The translations under genes were made by a program, and so were the position numbers. A stretch of DNA of 64,000 nt from Armatimonadota bacterium (GTDB taxonomy: Bacteria; Armatimonadota; Fimbriimonadia; Fimbriimonadales; GBS-DC). The stretch is from contig JBBIML010000009.1 in NCBI GenBank assembly GCA_037444405.1, forward strand, positions 128,001-192,000, read 5' to 3'. Shown piece by piece: positions 52,415 through 63,959 of the stretch. Below the pieces are notes generated by a model. That model made no database searches. It saw only the letters and a list, made by a program, of their open reading frames with translations, and was not told the DNA's origin. Position 1 is the first letter of the stretch; each line of letters starts with the position of its first letter.

Positions 52415-52442
52415 AAACGATTGTACGAATGCTTAATCGTTT
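52415..52442 (-). promoter_or_regulatory. ArsR-type operator overlapping the -10 (TACAAT) of the mer cassette
   Basis: AAACGATT-N12-AATCGTTT inverted repeat containing TACAAT on the minus strand, just upstream of the GGAGG RBS. Confidence 0.75.
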
Positions 52443-52510
52443 TGGTTCCATCGAAAAGGGCGATTCTCCCTGCGAAATTTGCTGGATTCAGGCTTGATCG
52501 CTGTGCTTTT

Positions 52511-53128
52511 TCAGACCCAGTCCCACTCTTTCAGCACATCCCACACTGGCGGCTGGCTCCAGAGCCACTCCACCCGCAGCCAGAAACCCTCCAGCACGCG
52601 GCTGGAGTAGACTCCTGCCGAACCTGCAAATGCAATCTGATAGGTGCCGCCCTCGCCCATCTGCGCAAACTCTGCCTGCTTGCGCTCCGGGTCAATAATC
52701 CAGTATTCGGGCACGCCTGCCGCTTCGTAAGAGTAGAACTTCTCGCCCCGATCGATATTCCGACTCTCTTTGCTAACGATCTCCACCACCAGATCGGGCG
52801 CTCCATCAAAATAGGTGCGCTGGAGGCGGTCTAAATGTTCGGGCAGGATGACAATCAGGTCGGGTTCGCGCACCTCCTGCTCGCCGCCGGGCAGGGTCAG
52901 CCTCACAGCGAAGGGCGGATGATACACCACGCCGCCAGGCTTGTGCCGCTCCACCCAATGCTTCACAATTGTCACCAGGAAGCTATTGCAATCCTGATGC
53001 GTTTTTGAGACTGGCATCTTTATCCTCACTTTGTTGCCGACCAGCTCGGCGTGGATGTCTTCCTGCTCCCAGTTGAGAAACTCCTCCACGCTCATCTCTG
53101 TCGGCAAGGTCTCCGGTATGGTCTTCAT
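52511..53128 (-). CDS. Uma2/DUF820-family endonuclease
   Basis: [38 protein letters not shown]. Confidence 0.92.
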   Translation of the reverse strand: MKTIPETLPTEMSVEEFLNWEQEDIHAELVGNKVRIKMPVSKTHQDCNSFLVTIVKHWVERHKPGGVVYHPPFAVRLTLPGGEQEVREPDLIVILPEHLDRLQRTYFDGAPDLVVEIVSKESRNIDRGEKFYSYEAAGVPEYWIIDPERKQAEFAQMGEGGTYQIAFAGSAGVYSSRVLEGFWLRVEWLWSQPPVWDVLKEWDWV

Positions 53129-53200
53129 AACATCACCGCTTTACAGGATACCCGACAGACGCTGATTATCGGCTATAATCGATGGTGTGAGGGAGGCGGT

Positions 53201-54048
53201 ATGCAGATTCTGCGCACGATTGAGGAAGTTCGGGACTGGGTTCGGGCGAGGCGGGCAGAAGGGCGCGCTATCCACTTCGTGCCCACGATGGGCTACTTCC
53301 ATGAGGGGCATCTGAGCCTGATGCGTCGCGCGAAAGCCGATAACGGCGCGGTTATCATCAGCATCTTCGTGAACCCTCTGCAGTTCGGACCCCATGAGGA
53401 CTACGAGCGCTACCCGCGCGATTTCGAGCGCGACCGCCAGATGGCGGAATCGGTGGGCGTGGATGCCCTCTTTTACCCCGAAGTGCGCGAGATGTACCCG
53501 CCCGGCTTCCAGACGGAGGTGCGGGTGAAACAGCTCTCGCAACCCCTGTGTGGACGCTCGCGTCCGGGGCACTTCGAAGGCGTCGCGACCGTTGTGCTGA
53601 AGCTCTTCAATATCGTCACGCCCGACCGCGCCTACTTCGGCGAGAAGGATTACCAGCAGTTGCGGGTCATTCAGCAGATGGTGCGCGACCTGAACCTGCC
53701 CATCGAGATTGTGCCGTGCCCGATTGTGCGCGAGGCGGATGGGCTGGCGATGTCCTCACGCAATGTGTACCTCTCGCCCGAAGAGCGTCAGGCAGCGACG
53801 GTGCTGTACCGCAGCCTGCTATGGGCGCGGGAGCAGGTGCAGGCGGGCGAGCAGGATGCCCTGCGCATCCAGCGTGGCGTGTACGCGATGCTCGCGGCGG
53901 AGCCGCTGGCACGAATCGACTATGTGGAGCTGGTGGACGCCGAAACGCTGGAGCCAGTAAGCCGCATCGAGCGTCCGACCCTGCTTGCGCTGGCGGTCTA
54001 CTTCGGCAGCGCCCGCCTGATCGACAACACCGTCCTGACCCCGCCCGG

Positions 54049-54052
<4 letters not shown>
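53201..54052 (+). CDS. panC: Pantoate-beta-alanine ligase
   Basis: [40 protein letters not shown]. Confidence 0.97.
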
Positions 54053-55710
<1,658 letters not shown>

Positions 55711-55740
55711 CGTTGCTGACCTCCTTCGCGCTCGCAGCGA

Positions 55741-56490
55741 TTATACCTGACAGATCTCGTAGGCGCGGCGCAGCGCCACAATCGGATCACCCTTCGGAAT
55801 GAACTCCTGCCCGATGAAGCCCGTGTAGCCCGTCTCCTTGATGGCTTTCATCACCGCGCGATAGTTGATCTCCTGCGTTTCGTCGATCTCGTTCCTGCCG
55901 GGATTGCCTGCCGTGTGATAGTGGGCAATCTTGTCGGCATGGGCGCGAATGGTGCGGATGAGATCGCCCTCCATAATCTGCGCGTGATAAATATCATACA
56001 GAATCTTCACGCGAGGCGAGTTGACCAGCTCCAGCACACGCAGTCCCCAGCTCATTCTGTCGAACTGGTAATCGCGATGATCCACCTTGCTGTTGAGGAT
56101 TTCGATTGCCAGGGTCACGCCCTTCTGTTCAGCGTACGGCGCGACGCGCTTGAGACCCGCGGCGGTGTTCTCGATGCCCTCTTCGTCGGGTCGCCCGCGC
56201 CGATTGCCCGAAAAGCAGATGAGGATGGGAATCTCGTACTTCACGGCTTTATCGATGTTAGCGCGGAGTTCGTCCTCGATGCGACTGTGGTTGCGCGGGT
56301 CGTTCAGCCCATTTTCGATGGTGCCGTGTCCCCCATGAGTGATAATGCGCAACCCTGCCGCGCGAATCTCGTCCCAGAGCGGTTCCGGCACCAGTTCGAA
56401 GCCCACATAGCCGATGCGCGCGGCTTCGGCAATCAGCCGTTTCGGCTCGATGCGCCCCTGATAGCACCACCAGCAGATGTCCTGCTTCAT
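55741..56490 (-). CDS. Hydroxypyruvate isomerase-family TIM-barrel protein
   Basis: ICFSGNR, EILNSKVDH, LYDIYHAQIMEGD, HYHTAGNPGR, GQEF. Confidence 0.88.
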   Translation of the reverse strand: MKQDICWWCYQGRIEPKRLIAEAARIGYVGFELVPEPLWDEIRAAGLRIITHGGHGTIENGLNDPRNHSRIEDELRANIDKAVKYEIPILICFSGNRRGRPDEEGIENTAAGLKRVAPYAEQKGVTLAIEILNSKVDHRDYQFDRMSWGLRVLELVNSPRVKILYDIYHAQIMEGDLIRTIRAHADKIAHYHTAGNPGRNEIDETQEINYRAVMKAIKETGYTGFIGQEFIPKGDPIVALRRAYEICQV

Positions 56491-56502
56491 AGCATGAGGG
56501 CG

Positions 56503-56528
56503 ATTCGCGGCTCAGCGTGAGGTTCCTG
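56503..56528 (-). promoter_or_regulatory. SigH-like promoter motif upstream of the hyi-family gene
   Basis: CAGGA-N15-GCGAAT. Confidence 0.65.
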
Positions 56529-58011
56529 CCGCAGGTATGCCGAGCTGATCCCAGAGGGCATCGATTCGCGCCTTCACTTCAGGCGACATGCGAATCACCT
56601 CGGGCCACTCGCGCTGGAAGCCCTCCTCTTTCCATTTGCGCGTGGCATCAAATCCGATTTTGCTGCCGAAACCGACGGCAGGGCTGGCGTGATCCAGCAC
56701 ATCCACGGGACCTTTGACGATGCACATATCGCGTTCGGGGTCCACATTTGCGCCCCAGCGCCACAGCACCTCGCCCAGATCATGCACATTCACATCCTCA
56801 TCGAACACCACGATGAACTTGCTGAACATCAGCTGCCCCAGCCCCCACAGCGCGTGCATCACCTTGAAGGCGTGCCCCGGATAGCGTTTGCGGATGCTCA
56901 CAAAGCAGAAGTTATGAAAGGCGCCTTCAACGGGCAGGTTTATGTCCACAATCTCCGGCAGCGTGAGGCGAATAAGCGGCAGGAAGATGCGCTCGATGGC
57001 TTTGCCAATCCAGCCGTCCTCCATCGGCGGCACGCCTACGATCGTGGCAGGGTACACAGGGTTCTGACGATGGGTGATCGCGCTCACATGGAACACGGGA
57101 TAGTAATCGGGCAGGCTGTAATAACCGGTGTGGTCGCCGAAGGGTCCCTCCAGACAGCGTTCACCGGGCTGAATCGTGCCCTCGATTACAATCTCGGCGT
57201 TTGCGGGCACAAGCAGGTCGACGGTGCGGGCGGGCACCAGCTCAACAGGCTTTTTACGCAGGAAGCCCGCGAACATCAGTTCATCGATGCCGGGCGGCAG
57301 GGGTGCAACTGCACTGAAGATGAGCGCGGGATCGCCGCCCAGAACCACCGCCACCTGAATGGGGCGACCGTGCGCCTCAGCGTTTTGATGGTGCGCGGCG
57401 CCACCCTTGTGAATCTGCCAGTGCATCGCGGTCGTACGCCGATCCAGCACCTGAATGCGGTACATGCCCACATTCCGCCTGCCTGTGTTCGGGTCATGGG
57501 TGAACACCAGCGGCAGCGTGATGTACCGACCGCCGTCGCCCGGCCAGCAGTGCAGGATGGGCAGCTCGAACAGATCGACCGCATCGCCCGTTTTGACCAC
57601 CTCCTGGCAGATGCCCTCCCTGACAATGGTGGGCGGCACGCTGCGGGCGACCTGTAGCAGTTTGCCGACTTGCGGCAACAGTTGCGGCAGCGCCTGCAGC
57701 TTGCCCATCAGCCCGCCGCTGAGCGTGGGCAGCTCCGGCTGGAGCAGTTGCTCAATCTCGCGAGCAATCTGCTCATAGTCATCGACGCCGAGCGCAAGGC
57801 TCATCCGTCGCCGTGAACCGAGCGTGTTGATGGCGATCGGGATATCGGAGCCTTTCGGACGCTCTATCAGCAAGGCGGGACCACCCTGCTTCATCACGCG
57901 GTCCGCGACCTCCGTGACCTCCAGATAGGGGTCTAACGGATAATGGATACGGCACAGCTCATTCTCCTGCTCCAGGCGTAGCAGAAACTCCTGAAAGTCG
58001 CGATATGCCAT
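56512..58011 (-). CDS. UbiD-family decarboxylase (menaquinone futalosine-pathway MqnL-type)
   Basis: DGGRYITLP, NVGMYRIQ, EGPFGDHTGYY, GPVDVLDHA, FDATRK. Confidence 0.9.
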   Translation of the reverse strand: MAYRDFQEFLLRLEQENELCRIHYPLDPYLEVTEVADRVMKQGGPALLIERPKGSDIPIAINTLGSRRRMSLALGVDDYEQIAREIEQLLQPELPTLSGGLMGKLQALPQLLPQVGKLLQVARSVPPTIVREGICQEVVKTGDAVDLFELPILHCWPGDGGRYITLPLVFTHDPNTGRRNVGMYRIQVLDRRTTAMHWQIHKGGAAHHQNAEAHGRPIQVAVVLGGDPALIFSAVAPLPPGIDELMFAGFLRKKPVELVPARTVDLLVPANAEIVIEGTIQPGERCLEGPFGDHTGYYSLPDYYPVFHVSAITHRQNPVYPATIVGVPPMEDGWIGKAIERIFLPLIRLTLPEIVDINLPVEGAFHNFCFVSIRKRYPGHAFKVMHALWGLGQLMFSKFIVVFDEDVNVHDLGEVLWRWGANVDPERDMCIVKGPVDVLDHASPAVGFGSKIGFDATRKWKEEGFQREWPEVIRMSPEVKARIDALWDQLGIPAAGTSR

Positions 58012-58018
58012 CGCTCCA

Positions 58019-59167
58019 CTATCTCCCACGCAACAGCCCCGAACCCCATAGCACGGCTAAAGTGGAGAGGGCGGAGGTAACCTGCCCGTAGTCGAGGCGT
58101 TTGGTCTCGGCGATATAGACGACATCGCCTTCGCGGATGGGTGGGTTCGCGCTCGCGTCGCCCCGCTTCAGAAAACGCTGATAGGGGATTTCGAGCCGCT
58201 TGACCTCACCGTTTTCGAGGCGCAGCACATAGACGCGCGAGGTCAGCGCACGGGCGGTGGTGCCACCTGCCAGCCCAATCGCGTCCGACAGCAGCAGCGG
58301 TTTACCTTCGGGAATGAGATAGTAGCCCGGGTGGGCAACCTGACCCACAATCGCGAACCGACTGAGATTGGTCGGGATGACCAGCAGGTCGCCATCCTGC
58401 AGGCGCACATTCTGCTCGATACGCCCCTCCACGATCGCGGCATACAGGTCGACGGGAATGAAGCTGCCTTTGCGGTCGATGAAGGCGCGGCGCAGGCTGG
58501 CATTTTCGGGATGATAGCCCTGCGCGGCGGCGACCGCCTGCACCACGCCGCTGCCCATCTCCAGATCGTAAAAGCCCGGCGCATTCACCTGCCCGCTCAC
58601 ATAGACGCGGATAGTCTGCTGCTGCTGGACGCTGATTTTGTCGCCGGGTTGCAAGGGAATGTTGGCGGCGGGATCGCCCCGATGATAGAGCGCCACGAGG
58701 TCTAACGGGATGGTCTGCTCGCCGCGCATGAGGAACGCAACCGCGCGTTCCGGCAGAATCTTGAGACCTTCGGCGGCGGCAATCGCCTCGAACACGCGCC
58801 AGCCGGGTTGAATAGGATAGGCGCCGGGCTTGCCAACCTGTCCCTCCACAAACACAAGCTGGGGGCGCGCCCGCTTGAGCGACACCGACACCACCGGCTC
58901 GCGCAGGCGCTGGCGCAACGCAACGCACAGCTGCTCCTCCAGCTGCTGCAGGGTCAGCCCGCGCACGCTGAGAGCGCCCGCGCCGTGAAACAGCACACGC
59001 CCATCGGGCGGCACCTCATACTCGCCACTGAACTCCGGATGACGCACAACCACCACCGAAATCACATCGCCTGTGTCGAGGGTGTAGGTGTTGTTCTGGC
59101 GCAGGGACGCCAGGCTGGTGTGCCAGAGGGTCAGTATCAGCCCGATGCAGAGTACCGCTCGCTTCAT
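58019..59167 (-). CDS. Polysaccharide export protein (Wza/SLBB domains)
   Basis: YTLDTGDVISV, three V.G.V..PG.Y SLBB repeats. Confidence 0.9.
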   Translation of the reverse strand: MKRAVLCIGLILTLWHTSLASLRQNNTYTLDTGDVISVVVVRHPEFSGEYEVPPDGRVLFHGAGALSVRGLTLQQLEEQLCVALRQRLREPVVSVSLKRARPQLVFVEGQVGKPGAYPIQPGWRVFEAIAAAEGLKILPERAVAFLMRGEQTIPLDLVALYHRGDPAANIPLQPGDKISVQQQQTIRVYVSGQVNAPGFYDLEMGSGVVQAVAAAQGYHPENASLRRAFIDRKGSFIPVDLYAAIVEGRIEQNVRLQDGDLLVIPTNLSRFAIVGQVAHPGYYLIPEGKPLLLSDAIGLAGGTTARALTSRVYVLRLENGEVKRLEIPYQRFLKRGDASANPPIREGDVVYIAETKRLDYGQVTSALSTLAVLWGSGLLRGR

Positions 59168-60978
59168 GCGCGCGTCTCCTCCTGTACCAGAATGGCTCCA
59201 ACAACCTGCGGTTGCAGATTCTGCAACATCAGCAGTTGCTGGTCGTCCAGTTCGAGGTCGCGGGGCACGAGCAGCAGCAGGCGCTGGGACTCGCTGAGGT
59301 CTGCCCGCCCCGCCTCACACACCTGCAGCAGCCCGTTAGTGGCAGCGGGCAGCTCCGCGCTGCTTGCGGGAAGGGATGATTGCCCTGCCCCATCTGCTTT
59401 TTCTGGCGCACTGTGGGAGACGGAGGGCGCTGGCTGGGTGATTTCTGTCAGGGCGCGGGTGATGTGCGCGGTGGCAGGCGTATCAGCCAGTGGCAGGGCG
59501 ATCGCCGTATGCCACTGCTCGCCGCCACCTGCCGCGCGCAGGCTCCAGAGCAACATCTGCAGATGCTGACTATTGAGCTGAGACGGTTTAACCTCTGCCA
59601 GCACAGGCACACCCAGCAATCGCTCCACATCCCAGCGCGTGCGCAGGCGCCGCTCGTTCCACGCCCGAATGAATGCCAGCATCAGCCCCACCATCAAGCC
59701 GAGCGCGGCGGCGAGCGTGGTGGTCAGCACGGGGCGCGGAAAAGCGGGCAGATCAGGCAGGTAGGCAGGCTCCAGCAAGATAGGCGACACACGCCCGATC
59801 AGCTGCAGCGCCCGCGCCTGCTCATAGGCTTTAATCTTCTCGGTCCAGATCGTCTGGGCGACCTCCTGCTGGCGCCGAATCGCGCCATATTCCGCCATTA
59901 AGGCAGGCACGCGGCGGAACTGGCGCTCTAACTGCGCCTGCTCGCCCTGCAGATAGCGAATCAGCCCATCGGTCGCCTCACGCTCCGCTTCCGTTAGCAG
60001 GAGCGCCTGCAACATCTGCTGATACACGGGGTTCACCGATTCCTGGCGCGTGAGCAATTTAAATTCGCCCTGAACCGCGTTCTGCAGCAGACGCGCCCGC
60101 TCGCGCCGTGCCTGCTCAATCTGAATCTCCAGTGCGCGTGCCTCTGGCGAATCGGGCTGGTACTCACTGCGCTCAATCTGCAACTCTGCGATTTTCTTGT
60201 TGAGTTCCTGCACTTCGGGCGGGATAGCGATTGTGCGGCTCATCTCCATCGAGAGGGGCTGGCGGGCTAACTGCGCCCGCAGCTCGGCGACCTGACGGGT
60301 GAGCGCGCGCTGCTTGCCCTGTTGCTCGCGCAGCTGAGCCAGCAGGTCGATATATTTCTCCATGCCTTTCGCCAGCTCCTGATCGGGCGCAACAAGCCGC
60401 TTCTGCTCCAGAAAGCGCACCAGCTGTTCATCCAGCTCGCGCAGGCGTTGCTCCTGCGCCTCGATTTCGCGCGAGAGCTTCGCCAGCAGGTTGCTGGGGT
60501 TCTGGTCGTACAGTTCGCGCACGAAGCGGAGATATTCCTCTGCCCAGGTGCTGGCGAGGCGGGCGGCTCTGGAGGGCGTCTCGTCGGAGGCGGTAATCTC
60601 GATCACCGATGAGTTACGCACGGCTTGCGTGCGGAATCGGCGGCTGAACTGCCGATAGGGTTCCTCATAGCCCAGTCGCTTCTGCACGCGCTCCAGCACA
60701 GAGCGCGATTCCAGCACCTGCCGCTGCGTTTCGATGTCGGGACTGCCGCCGCCCAGCACCATCGTCAGCCCGCCAAGGCTGGGCATCGGGGTGGGCGTAT
60801 CGATGAGCAGCTGTGCGGAGGCGTCATAGCGTTTGGGCGCGAACAGCACAATCCCCAGCCCCAGCAGAATGCCCAGCGCCAAGCCGCCTGCTATCCAGCG
60901 CCACTGGCAACGCAGCGCATGAGCCAGCCATGGCAGGGCAATCGTGGTCTCGCGCTCTACCCAGCTTCCCTCCTGCAT
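59164..60978 (-). CDS. Polysaccharide co-polymerase (Wzz/GumC/Wzc-like) with vestigial C-terminal domain
   Basis: Two TMs, YDASAQLLI, coiled coil, EPAYLPDLPAFPRP, DVERLLGVPVLA. Confidence 0.85.
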   Translation of the reverse strand: MQEGSWVERETTIALPWLAHALRCQWRWIAGGLALGILLGLGIVLFAPKRYDASAQLLIDTPTPMPSLGGLTMVLGGGSPDIETQRQVLESRSVLERVQKRLGYEEPYRQFSRRFRTQAVRNSSVIEITASDETPSRAARLASTWAEEYLRFVRELYDQNPSNLLAKLSREIEAQEQRLRELDEQLVRFLEQKRLVAPDQELAKGMEKYIDLLAQLREQQGKQRALTRQVAELRAQLARQPLSMEMSRTIAIPPEVQELNKKIAELQIERSEYQPDSPEARALEIQIEQARRERARLLQNAVQGEFKLLTRQESVNPVYQQMLQALLLTEAEREATDGLIRYLQGEQAQLERQFRRVPALMAEYGAIRRQQEVAQTIWTEKIKAYEQARALQLIGRVSPILLEPAYLPDLPAFPRPVLTTTLAAALGLMVGLMLAFIRAWNERRLRTRWDVERLLGVPVLAEVKPSQLNSQHLQMLLWSLRAAGGGEQWHTAIALPLADTPATAHITRALTEITQPAPSVSHSAPEKADGAGQSSLPASSAELPAATNGLLQVCEAGRADLSESQRLLLLVPRDLELDDQQLLMLQNLQPQVVGAILVQEETRA

Positions 60979-61011
60979 GGTCGTCGCGTTTGCATTATAC
61001 CTGCAGGGTTG

Positions 61012-62601
61012 CTAAAAGCCTGCTGCCATCCCTTCGGTGCGAGGGTCGGAACCGGCGTACCAGGCGTCGCGCACGCGCTGGATGACCTGCGCCGCGCTGG
61101 GGTGCGTGCCATACTCATTCACCTGCACGCTGTGCCCGCGCCGGCGCAACTCCTCCACGATGGCGTTCGACGGCTCGCGCTCGGTGGTGGGCACTTCGAT
61201 GCTGAGCGTGCCGGGCGATGGCTCCGTGCTTTGAGCGGGTTGCCACGCCCAGCGCGGCTGTTCAATCGCACTCTGCGGGTCGCGCTCAAAATCGATCAGC
61301 TGCGAAATCACCTGCAGGTTCGTCTGCACCTGGATGTCGCCGCCAGGCGTGCCGCCCACAAAGGCGAGCGCGCCCCGGCGCGTGATGAGATAGGCGTTCA
61401 GCGTGTGAATGGGGCGCTTGCCCGGTTGCAGGTAGTTCGGGCTTTGCGGGTTCAGGCTGAAGCCCCGCATGCGGTTGTTCAGCAAGATGCCTGTGCCCTC
61501 AATCACCACGCCGCAGCCGAACGGGTGGTAAACGCTCTGAATGAAGGAGATGGCGTTGCCCTCTTTGTCGGCGATGCAGAAGTAAGTGGTGTTGGTCTCG
61601 CGCAGGGCACCCGGCTGAGGGATCGCCTGGGCGCGAGCCGGTTGAATCGCCTCCCGCCGACTGGCAATGAACTCTGGCGAGAGCAGCTCCGCGGTTCGGT
61701 CGGGCACAAGGCGCGGATCGCCCAGATAGCGCCAGCGGTCGGCAAACGCGCACTTGATGGCTTCCACCATCCAGTGAACGCGGTCAGCAGGCGCCATCTC
61801 GCGCAGGTTGACTCCATCCAGAATCGCCAGCGCCTCCGCCAGGATAATCCCCTGCGACACGGGCGGCTGGGCATGCACCGTGTAGCCGCGATAGTTGACC
61901 TTCAGCGGCTCACGCAGCTCCGACGCATGCGACGCCAGATCCTCCGGTTCGAACCAGCCTCCCTGCTGACGGCAGAACTCGACGATTCGGCGGGCGATAT
62001 CGCCTTTGTAGAAGGCGTCGCGCCCGCCCTCGGCGATCTGTTGTAGGGTACGGGCGAGGTCGGGACAGCGCACGCGCTCGCCCGCGCGCGGCGGCTGGTT
62101 CTGATGGAGCAGCGCATTAATAATGGGGCGCAGTTCACGACTGCGTGCCGCGTTGCGCCAGATGGCTTCCTTGCGCGGGCTGATGGGATAGCCCTCGCGC
62201 GCATACTCGATCGCAGGTTCAAGCAGGCGGGCAAAAGGCAGCTTGCCGTAAAGCGCGTGCAGGCGTGCCCATGCGTCCACCAGTCCGGGCACGGTGGCGG
62301 CGCTGATACCGCGCAGGGGAATGCCACTGGGAAATCGCTCCGGCTTGCCCGCGGCGGGCGCAGCGCCCGAACCGTTCAGCGCGAGCGTCTGCCGGTGCTC
62401 CGCATCGTACAGCACCACGAACGCATCGCCACCCAGATGGCTCGCCCACGGCTCCACCACGCACAGCACCGCCGAGGTGGCAATAGCTGCATCCACACAG
62501 CTGCCACCCGAGCGCAGGATGTGCAGACCTGCGCTGACCGCCAGCGGCTGCGACGACGCCACAATGCCCTTTTCAGCCACCACTACACCGCGTGAGAGCA
62601 T
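61012..62601 (-). CDS. ggt: Gamma-glutamyltransferase
   Basis: HLGGDAF, TTYFCIAD, LLNNRM, PGKRPIHTL, GTPGG, GSDPR. Start ATG 62601; the upstream ORF extension overlaps the SRP RNA. Confidence 0.94.
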   Translation of the reverse strand: MLSRGVVVAEKGIVASSQPLAVSAGLHILRSGGSCVDAAIATSAVLCVVEPWASHLGGDAFVVLYDAEHRQTLALNGSGAAPAAGKPERFPSGIPLRGISAATVPGLVDAWARLHALYGKLPFARLLEPAIEYAREGYPISPRKEAIWRNAARSRELRPIINALLHQNQPPRAGERVRCPDLARTLQQIAEGGRDAFYKGDIARRIVEFCRQQGGWFEPEDLASHASELREPLKVNYRGYTVHAQPPVSQGIILAEALAILDGVNLREMAPADRVHWMVEAIKCAFADRWRYLGDPRLVPDRTAELLSPEFIASRREAIQPARAQAIPQPGALRETNTTYFCIADKEGNAISFIQSVYHPFGCGVVIEGTGILLNNRMRGFSLNPQSPNYLQPGKRPIHTLNAYLITRRGALAFVGGTPGGDIQVQTNLQVISQLIDFERDPQSAIEQPRWAWQPAQSTEPSPGTLSIEVPTTEREPSNAIVEELRRRGHSVQVNEYGTHPSAAQVIQRVRDAWYAGSDPRTEGMAAGF

Positions 62602-62614
62602 GGCTTTGCCCGAT

Positions 62615-62889
62615 GGTGGTCGCGCACCGGCTGTTGTCGTGCCCCTCCGCGGCGTCTGACCGACCCACCGCTCCGACCGGGATGACTCCGGCACACGGGA
62701 GACCGACTTACCGTTGCTCCCTTCCGGGCCTGGCGGGGTTCATCGATCCCTCGTTGCGAAGGTCCCGATCATCCACGCGGCGGTCCGCCAGCGTTTCGCA
62801 CAGGGGACGCGCCGCGAGCCGGAATTCAGCCCTGCTATGGCGGATTGCAGGTACAGGGAACCGCCAGCTCCCCGCTTAGCGCGACCACC
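62615..62889 (-). ncRNA. ffs: Large (Alu-domain) bacterial SRP RNA
   Basis: 5' GCTAAGCGGGGAGCTGGCGGTTCCCTGTACCTGCAATCCGCCATAGCAGGG like Bacillus scRNA; domain IV GCCAGGCCCGGAAGGGAGCAAC; ends pair (GGTGGTCGCGC/GCGCGACCACC); GGTACACT -10 upstream; about 275 nt. Confidence 0.93.
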
Positions 62890-62914
62890 AGCAAAAGTGT
62901 ACCCGCTCAGCAGG

Positions 62915-63901
62915 CTATCCCTGCACCGCAACGGGCGCGCCACCCGCCTTTGCCGATTGCCACGCCGCCTCCGTGAAGGCAATCACCTTCAGCGCGTCTT
63001 CAGGCTTCGACTGCACCTCCTCGCGCCCCAGGATTGCGTTCACGAAGTTAATCACCGGCTGCGAGCCTTCGGGCAGGTTCTCTGGGCGATAGCGATTGCC
63101 GTTCGCATCGCAAATCTCCAGCTGGTCCTGACGAATGAGATAGGTCGCCTCACTGCCCACGATAGTGATCTCCTCGTGCCAGCCGACGGTAGTGCTGCCG
63201 ACAATCGACAGGTTGCCAATCGCGCCGCTGGCGTACTCAAACGCCAGCGCGGAGTTGATATCGACGGGCACATCGAAATACTGCATATACGCGCTCACCT
63301 TTGTCGCTGGCGCGTCCACAATCCAGAGCAAGAAATCGACCAGATGGCTGCCCGTGTCGTTGAGCTGACCGCCGCCCGAAAGGGCGGGGTCCTGACGCCA
63401 TGTGCCGCGCGTCATGCGATACCAGCGCTGCAGGTTAATCGCCTGCACGAAGTGGAGGTCGCCAATCTCGCCGCGCCGGATGCCCTCGTACACATAGCGA
63501 TAGATGGGGATATAGTGGCGCTGATAGGCGACCAGCCCCACTTTGCCCGTCTCCTTGAAGCGCTTCACCAGAATGCGTGCATGCTCGCTGGTGCAGACCA
63601 TCGGCTTCTCAATCATCACATGCAAGCCCCTATCCAGCGCGTCCATCGCCTGCTGAAAGTGCAGGGTGTGCGGGGTGATAATCAGCACGCCGTCCAGCTC
63701 CACCTGATCGAGCATGGTGCGATAGTCGTCGAAGAAGGGCACCTCCTGCAGGTGCGGGAACCGCTCCAGCGTGCGAGCGCGCTGCTCCTCGCTCGGCTCC
63801 GCAATCGCAACGACCGAAGCCTCCGAAACGCCCTGAAGCACATTCAGGTGGTGGCGTGCCATGCCACCACAGCCAATCAGACCCAATCGTACCTGACTCA
63901 T
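62915..63901 (-). CDS. Gfo/Idh/MocA oxidoreductase
   Basis: GLIGCGGMA, TPHTLH, IEKPM, GGGQLNDTGSHLVD; ATG 63901 after GGAGGAG. Confidence 0.93.
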   Translation of the reverse strand: MSQVRLGLIGCGGMARHHLNVLQGVSEASVVAIAEPSEEQRARTLERFPHLQEVPFFDDYRTMLDQVELDGVLIITPHTLHFQQAMDALDRGLHVMIEKPMVCTSEHARILVKRFKETGKVGLVAYQRHYIPIYRYVYEGIRRGEIGDLHFVQAINLQRWYRMTRGTWRQDPALSGGGQLNDTGSHLVDFLLWIVDAPATKVSAYMQYFDVPVDINSALAFEYASGAIGNLSIVGSTTVGWHEEITIVGSEATYLIRQDQLEICDANGNRYRPENLPEGSQPVINFVNAILGREEVQSKPEDALKVIAFTEAAWQSAKAGGAPVAVQG

Positions 63902-63933
63902 AACGCTCTCCTCCTTCGTTGCATTCAAGCCTC

Positions 63934-63959
63934 TTTCGACAGCGGAACGGTGTTCCCTG
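63934..63959 (-). promoter_or_regulatory. SigH-like promoter motif upstream of the Gfo/Idh/MocA gene
   Basis: CAGGG-N15-TCGAAA. Confidence 0.55.

Noticed and set aside
55724..55749. CAGGT-N15-GCGAAG before hutU as a SigH-like site
   Set aside because: Mismatched at both boxes, runs into the RBS, and overlaps a perfect GGTATAAT that explains the region.
62602..62694. N-terminal extension of ggt in the ORF track
   Set aside because: Overlaps the SRP RNA; the GGT-like sequence begins at ATG 62601.
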